A stretch of DNA of 64,000 bases. It comes from an uncultured delta proteobacterium. GTDB lineage: Bacteria; Desulfobacterota; Syntrophia; Syntrophales; UBA2185. Shown in pieces: positions 13,303 to 23,573 of this stretch (the first letter of the stretch is position 1; each line of letters begins with the position of its first letter). The position numbers and the translations under genes are program-made. The stretch lies in NCBI GenBank assembly GCA_963729715.1, contig CAVSPA010000005.1, forward strand, positions 640,001 to 704,000. The letters are read 5' to 3'. The notes under the pieces are model-generated. The model was not told where the DNA came from, ran no database searches, and worked only from the letters and a program-made list of their open reading frames with translations.

Positions 13303-14427
13303 TTATTGAAGCTTCAACGGCATGACGATACACAGATAATCATCCTTCTCTGCAGGCCTTATAACGCCCGGTTTCATGCCCGTGCCTATCTCGAAGATGA
13401 CTGTTTTCTCATCGATAACCTCTATTGCATCGATCAAATATTTGACGTTATAACCTACGGAGAACTCACTGTCGTGATAGTCTACTTCAATCTCATCTTT
13501 GGCTTCTCCCACATCCGGATTTGCCGATTCTAACACCATTCTGCCATCATCCAGTTTAATTATTACTCCACTGTACCTTTCGCTTGATATAACACTCATC
13601 CTTCTCAAGGCATGTAGAATTCTGTCTTTATCGAATTGCACGAGGACCCCCTTCTCCGTGGGTATGACCCGCTTGTAGTCGGGATAATCTGCATCAACCA
13701 AGCTAACCTTTAACATCGTGCTGTCTGTCTTGATGACGCACATGCCTTGCCGCACGCCTACGAAGATATCCTCCGGTGCACTTTCGATGAGCCTTCTGAT
13801 TTCACCCAATCCCTTCCTCGGAATTATAACTCCCTTTTCCATCCGCAAGAACGGTGTCCCCTCCGTGTCCACATTAGCCATAGCCAGGCGATGACCATCC
13901 GTCGCGATCATGCGCAACTTATTCTTGCCACCATCATCTATAGTTTCAAAGAAGACTCCATTTAGATTTTTCCTCATTTCATCTGCCGACATGGCAAATG
14001 ATGTCTTACGAATTAATCTCTCAATCAATTGCCCTTTGATCTTATAGAAATTCAATTCACTGCGATCATCAACGACACTTGGGAAGTCGTCTGCCGGCAA
14101 ACCGGGTATCTTATAGATTATCTTCTGCGAGGTCAGTGTTACCCTATGGTTCTCGTTTGCTTCACACAGAATGGTATCACCTTCGATCTCTCTGATCATT
14201 TCATAGAGTTTTCTTGCAGAAACGGTCACATCGCCTTTATTTATGATTTCTGCTTGATGGTCTGCCACCAATCCTATCTCCCTGTCAGTCGCCACAATTG
14301 TTATTTTATCTTTTTCCGCCTTGATCAAAACATTGTTGAGGATCGGCATGGTTGTTTTCTTCTCCACGATGCTGAGCGTCTTTTGGATGCCTTCCAGAAA
14401 AGAATCTCTTTGTATACTAAATTTCAT
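13303..14427 (-). CDS. dnaN: DNA polymerase III beta sliding clamp
   Basis: TMPILNNVL, ATDGHRLA, IIPRKG, YPDYKRVIP, C-terminal IVMPLKL. Confidence 0.96.
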   Translation of the reverse strand: MKFSIQRDSFLEGIQKTLSIVEKKTTMPILNNVLIKAEKDKITIVATDREIGLVADHQAEIINKGDVTVSARKLYEMIREIEGDTILCEANENHRVTLTSQKIIYKIPGLPADDFPSVVDDRSELNFYKIKGQLIERLIRKTSFAMSADEMRKNLNGVFFETIDDGGKNKLRMIATDGHRLAMANVDTEGTPFLRMEKGVIIPRKGLGEIRRLIESAPEDIFVGVRQGMCVIKTDSTMLKVSLVDADYPDYKRVIPTEKGVLVQFDKDRILHALRRMSVISSERYSGVIIKLDDGRMVLESANPDVGEAKDEIEVDYHDSEFSVGYNVKYLIDAIEVIDEKTVIFEIGTGMKPGVIRPAEKDDYLCIVMPLKLQ

Positions 14428-14583
14428 TACCGTACCCTCCCTCTATTTTAAGTTATATTATTTATTAAATATAATAGTCATAGTAATAGTCCCTGTTACG
14501 ATTGTTCATAGGTAGACTTACTTATGTTGTCCCGCAAAGATAGACCAAACATCATTGTTGATAACCTGTGAGGCAAAAAGTTG
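14428..14583. other. Probable chromosomal replication origin (oriC unwinding site)
   Basis: AT-rich tract 14445-14474, trio-like run TAA TAG TCA TAG TAA TAG (14472-14489), TCCC, two degenerate box-like 9-mers (14494-14511), TTATCAACA on minus strand (14556-14564); lies between dnaA and dnaN. Confidence 0.7.
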
Positions 14584-15939
14584 TTAACTTCTCTGCTGCA
14601 AAGACTCCTCAATTTCTTGGACGATTTTTTTTAGATTTTTATCCTCGTCACAGCCTTTTTTCATCTTATTGTTGGCATAGATGACCGTAGAATGGTCCCG
14701 TCCGCCTATCTTTTCCCCGATGTCGGGGAATGATAAAGCAGTCAGTTTCCTCGCAAGATACATGGCAATCTGTCTTGCGAATACAAGATTTTTATTCTTC
14801 TTCTGCGATTTAATGTCTGATATCTTTACATTGAGTTTAGCGGCTATTGTTTTTATAATTTCCTCAATTGTGACTTCTTCCTTTTCAATTCTCTTCAGAA
14901 TCCTCTTTAAGACCTCTTTGGTAAGGTTTATATCAATCTCTTTACCGGTGAGAGAGGAGAAAGCGGAAATTCTTATGAGATAGCCCTCAAGTTCCCTGAT
15001 GTTAGATTCCACCTGGGATGCTACATAATGCGCAACGTTAGTCGGCAGAGTCAGATTATTTTCCTGGGCCTTTTTTTCCAGAATGGCGATTTTTGTCTCA
15101 ATCTCCGGGGGATGAATATCGGCGATAAGGCCCCACTCAAACCGTGAACGCAACCTGTTTTCCATGTTCGGTATGTCTTTGGGAAACTTGTCACTCGAAA
15201 CGACGATTTGTTTGCCGGAATCGTGCAGGGTATTAAAGGTATGAAAAAATTCCTCCTGCGTCTTTTCCTTCCCGGCAACGAACTGAATGTCATCGATGAG
15301 AAGACAGTCAATGTTTCTGTATTTCTCCCTGAACTTCGGCATCCTGTCATACCTGATCGAATTGATCAATTCGTTCATGAACTCTTCCGCAGAAACATAC
15401 ACAACGTTCATGTCCGGATGGCGCGAAAGCGCGCGAAGCCCGATAGCATTAAGCAGATGTGTTTTTCCCAGACCAACACCGCCATAGATAAACAGGGGAT
15501 TATAATTCTTGGCAGGCTGCTCAGCTACAGATACGGATGCTGCATGAGCGAATTGGTTGCACGGTCCCACGACAAATCTTTCAAAACTGTAATGAGGATT
15601 CAATGACTGATTAATTCCCGAGCGGACACGCTTGCTCTGAGAGCGTGTTTTTTCCTGGTGTTCCCCGTGACGGCGGACAGATGTTTGGCTTTTTTTCATT
15701 TCCTGGCCGATCTGAAGCTCTACTTTCAAGTCGAGGCCCGCCACCTTCGCGATGGCCTCCCTGATGACATATTGGTAGTTTTCTATCAGCCAGTCTTTGA
15801 AAAACTTATTGGGGACATTTAAGGTGACATTGTTACCCTCCAGGGAAGACATTTTGATGGGCCTAATCCAGGTCTCGAAGTTCTGCGGACTGACCTTTTC
15901 TTTAATGATTTGAATACTCTTTTCCCAAAGCATGTCCAA
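14584..15939 (-). CDS. dnaA: Chromosomal replication initiator DnaA
   Basis: YNPLFIYGGVGLGKTHL, LLIDDIQF, RLRSRFEWG, NIRELEG, GGRDHSTV; start TTG 15939 or ATG 15933. Confidence 0.98.
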   Translation of the reverse strand: MDMLWEKSIQIIKEKVSPQNFETWIRPIKMSSLEGNNVTLNVPNKFFKDWLIENYQYVIREAIAKVAGLDLKVELQIGQEMKKSQTSVRRHGEHQEKTRSQSKRVRSGINQSLNPHYSFERFVVGPCNQFAHAASVSVAEQPAKNYNPLFIYGGVGLGKTHLLNAIGLRALSRHPDMNVVYVSAEEFMNELINSIRYDRMPKFREKYRNIDCLLIDDIQFVAGKEKTQEEFFHTFNTLHDSGKQIVVSSDKFPKDIPNMENRLRSRFEWGLIADIHPPEIETKIAILEKKAQENNLTLPTNVAHYVASQVESNIRELEGYLIRISAFSSLTGKEIDINLTKEVLKRILKRIEKEEVTIEEIIKTIAAKLNVKISDIKSQKKNKNLVFARQIAMYLARKLTALSFPDIGEKIGGRDHSTVIYANNKMKKGCDEDKNLKKIVQEIEESLQQRS

Positions 15940-15950
15940 TGCTACTCACC

Positions 15951-15982
15951 TTATAGACAATGTTGTCAACACCTGTTGATAA
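15951..15982. promoter_or_regulatory. Cluster of DnaA-box-like 9-mers upstream of dnaA
   Basis: TTATAGACA 15951-15959, TTGTCAACA 15963-15971, TTATCAACA (minus strand) 15974-15982. Confidence 0.6.
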
Positions 15983-15988
15983 ATCAAT

Positions 15989-16861
15989 TTACCTGGAAAT
16001 ACGTTTACTGTCGACGACATTCATCAGTAATGTCACAAGTCGATTCAGTTCTTCCGCCGTCCTAAACTTGATATCTATAGATCCCTTGTTCTTGCGCTGG
16101 CGAATATGAGTTTCCGTCATCAGCTTCGAAGATAGCTCTTTTTCAAGATCGCGAAGGAACGGGTCCTTTTTCTTGGCCTTCTTTTCCGCGGGCGTTTTTC
16201 TCAGTTTTTGAATCAGGCCTTCTGTTTCCCGAACGCTGAGAGCCTTCTTCATGATGACATTGAGGAATCTGATCTGTTCTCCCGGCGAATCGAGCATGAG
16301 TATGGATCTGGCATGCCCGGAACTAATGGTTTTATTAATCAGAGCCGACCTGATTTCCCGGGGCAGTTTCAGCAACCTTAATGTGTTGGCAATAGTTGAG
16401 CGATCCTTCCCAACTCTCGAAGAGAGCTCCTCCTGCGACAGGCTGAACTTATTGATCAGAGTCTGGTAAGCCTCAGCCTCTTCCAGGGGGTTCAAATTTT
16501 CACGCAGAAGGTTCTCTAAGAGAGACAATTCTGCTGCCGCTGCGTCGGGTGCCTCTCTGATAATAACCGGCACTTCCTTAAGGCCTGCTTCCTGAGCGGC
16601 CCTCCAGCGCCTCTCCCCCGCTATAATCTCGTAGCCCGAAGCGGATCTCCGCACAACGATAGGCTGAATGATGCCATTCTTCTTTATGGATGCGACAAGG
16701 CGTTTCTGTTCCCTGTCATTGAAATCCTTGCGGGCCTGGAACCGGTTGGGGGAAAGCTCTTCAATTCCGCATACAATGTACGAAGGCCTTGTGCTGACAT
16801 TATCAAGCAGGTCGGGAAACAACGCCCCGAGCCCCTTGCCGAGGGAACTTTTTGGCTGCAT
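15989..16861 (-). CDS. parB: ParB/Spo0J chromosome partitioning protein
   Basis: LGKGLGAL, GIIQPIVVR, IIAGERRWRAA, ENLLRENLNPLEEA, GKDRSTIANTLRLL. Confidence 0.96.
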   Translation of the reverse strand: MQPKSSLGKGLGALFPDLLDNVSTRPSYIVCGIEELSPNRFQARKDFNDREQKRLVASIKKNGIIQPIVVRRSASGYEIIAGERRWRAAQEAGLKEVPVIIREAPDAAAAELSLLENLLRENLNPLEEAEAYQTLINKFSLSQEELSSRVGKDRSTIANTLRLLKLPREIRSALINKTISSGHARSILMLDSPGEQIRFLNVIMKKALSVRETEGLIQKLRKTPAEKKAKKKDPFLRDLEKELSSKLMTETHIRQRKNKGSIDIKFRTAEELNRLVTLLMNVVDSKRISR

Positions 16862-17632
16862 CTAAATCCTCCCGTTGACCAGGATTTCTCGAGCGAGGTC
16901 CATGTAGGAAACAGCGCCGCGGGACTTGATATCATAGAGAATGATGGGGAGACCATGACTCGGACTTTCAGATAACCTGACATTTCTCGGTATAATTGTA
17001 TTAAAAACTTTCCCCCCCAAATGCCTTCTCACATCCTCACTCACCCTGTGGGACAGCGAATTTCTCGTATCAAACATGGTGAGCAGAATGCCCCCCAGGG
17101 ACAAAGATGGATTCAGCCGTGCTTTAACAAGTTTGACGGTATTGAGTAAATATCCGAGGCCCTCCATAGCAAAATATTCACACTGCAGGGGGATGATCAC
17201 GGAGTCCGAAGCAACAAGGGCGTTTACCGTTAAGAATCCGAGAGACGGCGGACAATCGATAATGATGTAGTCGTACGCAATATCAAGGCTCTTCAACAGC
17301 TCGCGGAGCTTTTTCTCCCGGTTTTCAAGATTTACGAATTCTACCTCGATCCCTATCAAATCCTGGTTCGCAGGCGCCACGTCAAGGCAGGGCAACTGGG
17401 TACCAACAATTACCTCTTTTAAGGGAACCTTACCGATGAGGGAATGATAAAGATTTTTCTTGTTGATGGTTTCCCTGTCTATGCCCATGCCGCTCGACGC
17501 ATTGCCCTGAGAGTCGCAGTCGATGAGCAGGGTTCTCTTTTCCGCCGCCGCCAAGGTTGCGGCAATATTTATGGCAGTGGTTGTCTTTCCGACACCCCCT
17601 TTTTGGTTTGCTATGCATATGATTTTACGCAT
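16862..17632 (-). CDS. parA: ParA/Soj ATPase
   Basis: NQKGGVGKTTT, IDCPPSLG, PLQCEYFAMEGL, IPRNVRLSESPSHG. Confidence 0.96.
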   Translation of the reverse strand: MRKIICIANQKGGVGKTTTAINIAATLAAAEKRTLLIDCDSQGNASSGMGIDRETINKKNLYHSLIGKVPLKEVIVGTQLPCLDVAPANQDLIGIEVEFVNLENREKKLRELLKSLDIAYDYIIIDCPPSLGFLTVNALVASDSVIIPLQCEYFAMEGLGYLLNTVKLVKARLNPSLSLGGILLTMFDTRNSLSHRVSEDVRRHLGGKVFNTIIPRNVRLSESPSHGLPIILYDIKSRGAVSYMDLAREILVNGRI

Positions 17633-17704
17633 GATTTAGCAGAGCACACACCCGGCATTTTGAGACGTAAATTTTGGAGAGACGTTAGCATAAAACACGA
17701 ATCT

Positions 17705-18391
17705 TTAGAAGGAATATTTACCTTGTAAAGAAAGTTTTTCATAAATTATAATTCTTCGAAAATCACCGGTTATAGGCAATGTCAAATCATGGCTTCCGAT
17801 ATATTTTAGCCCCAGACTATGAGATATCGCGACGGCATCTGTCAGTTCTTGATCGGACATTTTCCCTTTCATTGCTATCAAGGAACCTTTCGGGGCAAGA
17901 AAAAATGCGCCCATTCGGAGGAATTCTAGTAGCTTAAAAGTGGCCCTCGATGTGACTACCTGATAAGAATCTTTGCACGTTTCGTCTTCCATCAGAGCTT
18001 GAGCCCGGTTATGGATAACCACAGTCTCTGCGAGGCCCAAACTGCGGATCACATGCTTCAGAAAAGACGTTTTTTTGCGTGATGACTCGAGGAGGAAGAC
18101 CTTCAGTGAATATACCGCGATCTTTAAAGGGATACCGGGGAATCCGGCTCCTGAGCCGATATCGAGAACCTGACAGGTTTCAGACTTGATATACGGCAAC
18201 AGCGTCAAGGAGTCAATGAAATGTTTTATGATAATGTCGCGTTCTGATTTCGTGGAGATCAGGTTTATCTTTTTGTTCCAGGCAAGAAGTTCATCGTAAT
18301 AGGCTGCAAACAGGCAAAGCTCTCCCTTTCCAAGGGCTATTCCCATTGCATTTGCAGCTTCGCAAAGTATTTGCGATATCCGCTCTTCCAT
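17705..18391 (-). CDS. rsmG: 16S rRNA m7G527 methyltransferase
   Basis: WNKKINL, KHFIDSL, LDIGSGAGFPGIPL, TSRA. Confidence 0.93.
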   Translation of the reverse strand: MEERISQILCEAANAMGIALGKGELCLFAAYYDELLAWNKKINLISTKSERDIIIKHFIDSLTLLPYIKSETCQVLDIGSGAGFPGIPLKIAVYSLKVFLLESSRKKTSFLKHVIRSLGLAETVVIHNRAQALMEDETCKDSYQVVTSRATFKLLEFLRMGAFFLAPKGSLIAMKGKMSDQELTDAVAISHSLGLKYIGSHDLTLPITGDFRRIIIYEKLSLQGKYSF

Positions 18392-18516
18392 TGATTAGTT
18401 CTTGCAGAGGTCGCTAGGCATGTCAACCTTTTCTTATCCTGTTTCGAATCGGCTGAACCGATGTCAATGCAAATTTTTAGTAGAAATAATATCCATTATC
18501 TAATAAATGCAACAAG

Positions 18517-19266
18517 GTGAGAGGGGAGGTGCCCGTGAGAGCAAAAAACGAGAAGATTACAATCGTTCTGAACAAGCCGAAATATCCGGGCAATGTCGGG
18601 TCCGTGGCGAGGTGCGCGAGGAATATGGGAATCGAGAAAATTTCTGTCGTGGGTAACAGAGACCTTGCCTCCGAGGAGATGAAACAGATGGCCACCCATT
18701 TTGCTGCCGGTATTGTGGATCGTATTCAGCATTTCGACGCCTTGGATGAAGCATTGGCGCGGTTTCAGTATATCGTCGGGACCACATCGAGGCGCGGCTC
18801 TGCAAGAGGCCCAGTTGTATCTCCGAGAGAGATGGCGGCACGTATCGTGGATGCATCCCAGGAGAATGAAGTAGCGCTGCTATTCGGACCGGAGGATACG
18901 GGATTGTCGAACGATGATCTCCGGTTTTGCCACCTGTTGGTAACCATACCCACATCCAAACATAACAAATCCATCAACCTTTCTCATGCGGCCATGATTC
19001 TCTGCTACGAGATCTTCGTGGCCCACATGGAGTCCCTGGAGTCATTTACACCCCGTCTCGCTCAATCAGCAGAGCTCGAAGGGATGTACGAACATGTAAA
19101 GGGGATATTGATGAAGATTGGTTTCCTGAATCCGGAGAACCCAGATTTTTGGATGATGCATATCCGCCGTTTCCTCTCCCGGACAAATCTCTTCTCCAGG
19201 GAGGTGAAGATTATCAGGGGCGTTTGCCGGCAGTTAGACTGGTATCTGAAAAACAAAAAGACTTGA
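18517..19266 (+). CDS. trmJ: TrmJ-family SPOUT tRNA methyltransferase
   Basis: PGNVGSVARCARNMG, LFGPEDTGLSN, SINLSHA; exact start uncertain. Confidence 0.8.
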   Translation: MRGEVPVRAKNEKITIVLNKPKYPGNVGSVARCARNMGIEKISVVGNRDLASEEMKQMATHFAAGIVDRIQHFDALDEALARFQYIVGTTSRRGSARGPVVSPREMAARIVDASQENEVALLFGPEDTGLSNDDLRFCHLLVTIPTSKHNKSINLSHAAMILCYEIFVAHMESLESFTPRLAQSAELEGMYEHVKGILMKIGFLNPENPDFWMMHIRRFLSRTNLFSREVKIIRGVCRQLDWYLKNKKT

Positions 19267-19318
19267 CTTTCCATCGACAGAAATTTATTACTCATTGAAA
19301 TTTCATGGGGGTGCAATC

Positions 19319-20479
19319 ATGTATAAGAATTTCTCCTTCACGGGTGCCAAGAAAATCATCTTTGGCAACGGTGCCATAGAGTCTCTAGTAGAGCATGTTC
19401 GTGAACTGAAGGCGAGCCGTCCCCTCATCGTCCTCGATAGGAACCTAGGCAAGACAGATCTCAAAGGGAAGGTCTTGGATATACTTGGTAACGGCGGTCT
19501 TAAGGCGACCCTGTATGATCAGAAGGTTGAAGCCGAGCCGAGGCTTGAGGTAGCTGATGAGGGAGTGAAAGCGGCCCAGAAAGGGAAATGTGACATCGTC
19601 GTGGGCATCGGGGGAGGAAGCGCCATGGATGTGGCAAAGGCCATTGCCGTCCTTGCAGCCAACAACGGCAGGGCCAAGGATTATTTAGGGCTGAATAAAG
19701 TGCCCGGACCCGGGCTTCCCAAGATCATGATTCCCACTACGGCAGGAACGGGAAGCGAGGTCACCTTTACGGCTGTCTTTGTCAGGCAGAACCTGAAGAA
19801 GAAAGAAGGGATGAACAGCCCGCACCTTTATCCCGAGCTGGCGATCCTTGATCCTACCCTCACACTTTCTCTCCCTGCTGTTTCCACGGCATCAACAGGT
19901 ATAGATGCCCTCTGTCACGCGATAGAATCCTACACATCAATTAATGCCTCTCCTATGAGTGAGTTGCTTTCCCTCGAAGCTATTTATTTGATTTCGTCGA
20001 ATCTTCGCACATGTGTCCATGATGGTAGCAACCTGGAGGCAAGGGGAAATATGCTCCTCGGGAGCCTTTATGCGGGTCTGGGTCTCGCCAACGCCGGTGT
20101 CGGCGCCGTTCATTCCCTCTCCTATCCTCTCGGAGGGAAATATGGTGTCTCCCATGGCCTCTCCAACACCATCATGCTGCCGCATGTGATGGCCTTCAAT
20201 CTGCCTGGGGCCCTCGAAAAATTTACTGTCGTCGCCGAAACGATGGGAGAGGTGATCGATACTCTGCCGCTCCGCGAAGCGGCGTTCATGGCCGTAGAAG
20301 CAGTACAGGCGCTGATTGAAGACTGCGGCATCTACACCACCCTCGAGGACTTGGGCATACCCGAGGAGGCGCTGCCTGAGCTTGCCGAAGTGGCGATGAC
20401 GGTTCTCCGGCCTTTGGAGAACAATCCTCGGAAATTGACCATAGAGGATGCCATAGATATATACGGAGAGGCATATTAA
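19319..20479 (+). CDS. Iron-containing alcohol dehydrogenase (possible KdnB-like role)
   Basis: GIGGGSAMDVAK, IPTTAGTGSEVT, DALCHAIE, VHSLSY, HGLSN. Confidence 0.88.
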   Translation: MYKNFSFTGAKKIIFGNGAIESLVEHVRELKASRPLIVLDRNLGKTDLKGKVLDILGNGGLKATLYDQKVEAEPRLEVADEGVKAAQKGKCDIVVGIGGGSAMDVAKAIAVLAANNGRAKDYLGLNKVPGPGLPKIMIPTTAGTGSEVTFTAVFVRQNLKKKEGMNSPHLYPELAILDPTLTLSLPAVSTASTGIDALCHAIESYTSINASPMSELLSLEAIYLISSNLRTCVHDGSNLEARGNMLLGSLYAGLGLANAGVGAVHSLSYPLGGKYGVSHGLSNTIMLPHVMAFNLPGALEKFTVVAETMGEVIDTLPLREAAFMAVEAVQALIEDCGIYTTLEDLGIPEEALPELAEVAMTVLRPLENNPRKLTIEDAIDIYGEAY

Positions 20480-20628
20480 GCGAAGGCCGTCGAGTGTCTT
20501 TTCGAGGTACATGTGTAGAACTAATCAAGCGAGTCATTTTGGAGGAGATTAGCCAAGCAAGAAATGACAGAAGAAAACTGCGACACGTTATCGATGCAGG
20601 ATGATAACAAGGTAGTGGAGGTAGTTAT

Positions 20629-21831
20629 ATGGCGGGCGCTGAGCTGATTGGAAAAGAAGAGATAAAAGAAATTATGGATGTCATGGAAACAGGCATCCTC
20701 ATGAGATACGGTTTTGACAAAGACAGAAAGGGCATCTTTAAGGTACGCGAATTTGAGGAAGACTTCGCGCGCTACTGCCAGGCAAAATACGCCTTGGGTG
20801 TTACGTCCGGCTCCACAGCGCTCAAAGTGGCCCTTGTGACTATGGATGTAGGACCGGGGGATGAAGTCATCGTGCCGGCCTTCACATTCATCGCCACGTA
20901 TGAAGCGGTATTGGAAGTTGGCGCAATTCCCATCATGGCTGACATCGATGAGACTTTGAATATGGATCCCGACGATATAGAAAAGAGGATAACACCTTAC
21001 TCGAAGGCCATTATTCCCGTGCACATGTGCGGTGCTCCGGCACATATCGACAGGATCATGTCTGTTGCGAGAAAAAATAAACTCCTCGTCCTCGAAGACA
21101 ATGCCCAAGCTTCCGGCGGCAGCTATCGCGGGAAAAAGCTGGGGACGTTCGGTGACATGGGCATCTTCAGTTTTGACTATTATAAGACCCTCACCACGGG
21201 CGAAGGGGGAATGGTACTGACTGATAATAAAGATTTCTATCTCCGTGCCGACGGGTACCACGATCACGGCCACGACCACAACCCCAATGTCAGCAGAGCG
21301 CTTGAAGGGCGGACGATTCTCGGCTTTAATTACCGCATGAACGAACTTCAGGGCGCCCTTGGCCTCGCCCAACTCAGGAAGCTTGATACGATTATTGCCG
21401 AGCAGAAAAAAAATAAAAAAGCGATTAAAGATGTCCTTAGCAAATGCAAAGGCATTAAGTTCAGAGAGATCCCGGATCCCGATGGAGATACGGCAACTTT
21501 TCTGGCGTTCAATATGCCGGACGAGAATGCCAAGGCGCGGTTTCAGAAGGCCCTCTCCGGCGAAGGAGTCGATACCGTCTGCTTCAAGAATAATCTCTGG
21601 CACTACCTTCCCAACTGGGAGCATTTTCTGGCGCGGTCAACAGCGAACTCAAAGAAGTATCCTTTTACAGATCTGTCATACAAAGGAAAGGTTAACTACG
21701 ACAGATCGACCATACCCCAGGCGGAGGATATACTTGGCCGGACTCTTGTAATGAATATATCAGTAAAGATGCCGGCAGAAAGATTTGCGAAGATCAAAGA
21801 AGGGATTGAGAAAGCGGCAAAGAGTCTATAG
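20629..21831 (+). CDS. kdnA: DegT/DnrJ/EryC1/StrS aminotransferase, KdnA-like (8-amino-Kdo synthesis)
   Basis: PLP Lys in SFDYYKTLTTGEGG; segments DHGHDH, LGLAQLRKLDTII, KNKKAIKD, FREIPDPDGD, WHYLPNW resemble Shewanella KdnA as recalled; adjacent to kdsB. Confidence 0.72.
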   Translation: MAGAELIGKEEIKEIMDVMETGILMRYGFDKDRKGIFKVREFEEDFARYCQAKYALGVTSGSTALKVALVTMDVGPGDEVIVPAFTFIATYEAVLEVGAIPIMADIDETLNMDPDDIEKRITPYSKAIIPVHMCGAPAHIDRIMSVARKNKLLVLEDNAQASGGSYRGKKLGTFGDMGIFSFDYYKTLTTGEGGMVLTDNKDFYLRADGYHDHGHDHNPNVSRALEGRTILGFNYRMNELQGALGLAQLRKLDTIIAEQKKNKKAIKDVLSKCKGIKFREIPDPDGDTATFLAFNMPDENAKARFQKALSGEGVDTVCFKNNLWHYLPNWEHFLARSTANSKKYPFTDLSYKGKVNYDRSTIPQAEDILGRTLVMNISVKMPAERFAKIKEGIEKAAKSL

Positions 21832-21842
21832 GGGAAAGTTTC

Positions 21843-22814
21843 ATGATCATCGTTACCGGCGGCGCCGGATTCATCGGGAGCGCCTTCGTCTGGAAGCTCA
21901 ATCAGGAAGGCATCGACGACATCTTAATAGTTGATGAACTCGGCGAGTCGGACAAGTGGAAGAATCTGGTGAACCGGCGTTACGTTGAGTACATACACAA
22001 AGATGTTTTCCTCAAAATGATCCGCAGCGAACAAATGCCCTTCACACCGCGGGCAATCATCCACATGGGGGCATGTTCCTCCACAACGGAACGTAATGCC
22101 GACTATTTGATGGACAATAACTACCACTATACGTGTCGGCTGGCAGAGTGGGCGCTGCCGAACAACATTCGCTTTATCTATGCAAGTTCAGCCGCCACTT
22201 ATGGCGATGGCTCGCAGGGATTTTCCGACGACAGCTCTGTAACGGGGAAGCTTCGCCCCATGAATATGTACGGGTATTCAAAGCAGGTCTTCGACCTCTG
22301 GGTTCTGCGCCAGCAGGTGGAAAAGCAGGTCTTGGGCATAAAATTTTTCAACGTCTTTGGTCCCAACGAGTACCATAAGGGCGACATGCGCAGCGTTGTC
22401 CATAAGGCCTTTGAACAAATCAGGGACACAGGGGAAGTCCGGCTCTTCAAATCTCACAAGCCTGAATACATAGATGGCGGGCAGATGCGCGATTTCGTGT
22501 ATGTAAAAGATTGCGTTGATGTCATGTGGTGGCTCTTTGAACATCCGGAGATAAACGGCATATTCAACGTAGGCACAGGCAAGGCCCGTACGTGGAATGA
22601 TCTTGTTCATGCGCTTTTTTCGGCCATGGAGATGAAACCCAAGATAGAGTATTTCGAAATGCCGCTGGAGATACGTGACCAGTACCAGTATATGACGGAG
22701 GCAAGAACGGATAAACTCCGCGCGACAGGATGCCCCGTCACATTTCGTCCCTTAGAAGATGCCGTGAAAGACTACGTGGTGAACTATTTAAAGAAGCCTG
22801 ATCCACACCTATGA
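21843..22814 (+). CDS. hldD: ADP-L-glycero-D-manno-heptose 6-epimerase
   Basis: MIIVTGGAGFIGS, HMGACSSTTE, YASSAATYG, YGYSK, FNVFGPNEYHKGDM. Confidence 0.94.
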   Translation: MIIVTGGAGFIGSAFVWKLNQEGIDDILIVDELGESDKWKNLVNRRYVEYIHKDVFLKMIRSEQMPFTPRAIIHMGACSSTTERNADYLMDNNYHYTCRLAEWALPNNIRFIYASSAATYGDGSQGFSDDSSVTGKLRPMNMYGYSKQVFDLWVLRQQVEKQVLGIKFFNVFGPNEYHKGDMRSVVHKAFEQIRDTGEVRLFKSHKPEYIDGGQMRDFVYVKDCVDVMWWLFEHPEINGIFNVGTGKARTWNDLVHALFSAMEMKPKIEYFEMPLEIRDQYQYMTEARTDKLRATGCPVTFRPLEDAVKDYVVNYLKKPDPHL

Positions 22815-23560
22815 AAGTCGTCTGCATTATTCCCGCCCGTTATGCATCCACTCGCTTTCCGGGGAAGGCCCTTTCGGATCTCTTGGGAAAGCCGATGATC
22901 CAGCACGTATACGAACGTGTGTTGAAGGCCGGCACTGTATCCGTTGCAGCCGTGGCGACTGACGATAAACGGATCGTTGCTGCTGTAGAAAGCTTCGGGG
23001 GCCGCGCCATTATGACAGCGGCGTCTCACAGGTCAGGAACAGACCGCATAGCAGAAGCCGTTTCCATCCTTGATATCGATGAATCTGATATTGTGGTTAA
23101 TATCCAGGGTGATCAACCCCTCTTTGAACCATCGCTGATTGACGCTGTGGCAAAGCCACTCTTGGACGACCCAGCCATTCCCATGTCCACCCTTATATAT
23201 AAAATCGTGAGGGAAGAAGAGATTACCCATCCCAATGCAGTAAAGGTCGTCTTTGATCGGGATCACTTTGCCCTCTACTTTTCCCGGTCAACCATTCCTT
23301 ATGTAAGAGACAGGGGCACAAAGGCGTCATATTATTATAAACACCACGGCATTTACGCCTACAGAAGGGCATTCCTAAAAGAGTTTACCGAACTCCCTGA
23401 AGGCATTCTCGAGAAAATGGAGGCCCTTGAGCAGCTGCGAGCCCTTGAGCATGGATACAAGATCAAGGTTGTAGAAACGCTCTACGACTCTGTGGAAGTT
23501 GATACCCGTGAGGAACTGGAGAGGGTGAGGCGCCTCCTCGAAGCGAAGGGGAAATCGTAA
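22811..23560 (+). CDS. kdsB: CMP-Kdo synthetase
   Basis: IIPARYASTRFPGK, SGTDR, VNIQGD, ALYFSRS, LEQLRALE. Confidence 0.95.
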   Translation: MKVVCIIPARYASTRFPGKALSDLLGKPMIQHVYERVLKAGTVSVAAVATDDKRIVAAVESFGGRAIMTAASHRSGTDRIAEAVSILDIDESDIVVNIQGDQPLFEPSLIDAVAKPLLDDPAIPMSTLIYKIVREEEITHPNAVKVVFDRDHFALYFSRSTIPYVRDRGTKASYYYKHHGIYAYRRAFLKEFTELPEGILEKMEALEQLRALEHGYKIKVVETLYDSVEVDTREELERVRRLLEAKGKS

Positions 23561-23573
23561 ACGGGAAGGATGA

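Noticed and set aside
20521..21624. 367-aa minus-strand ORF
   Set aside because: Antisense shadow of the well-supported aminotransferase; no motifs.
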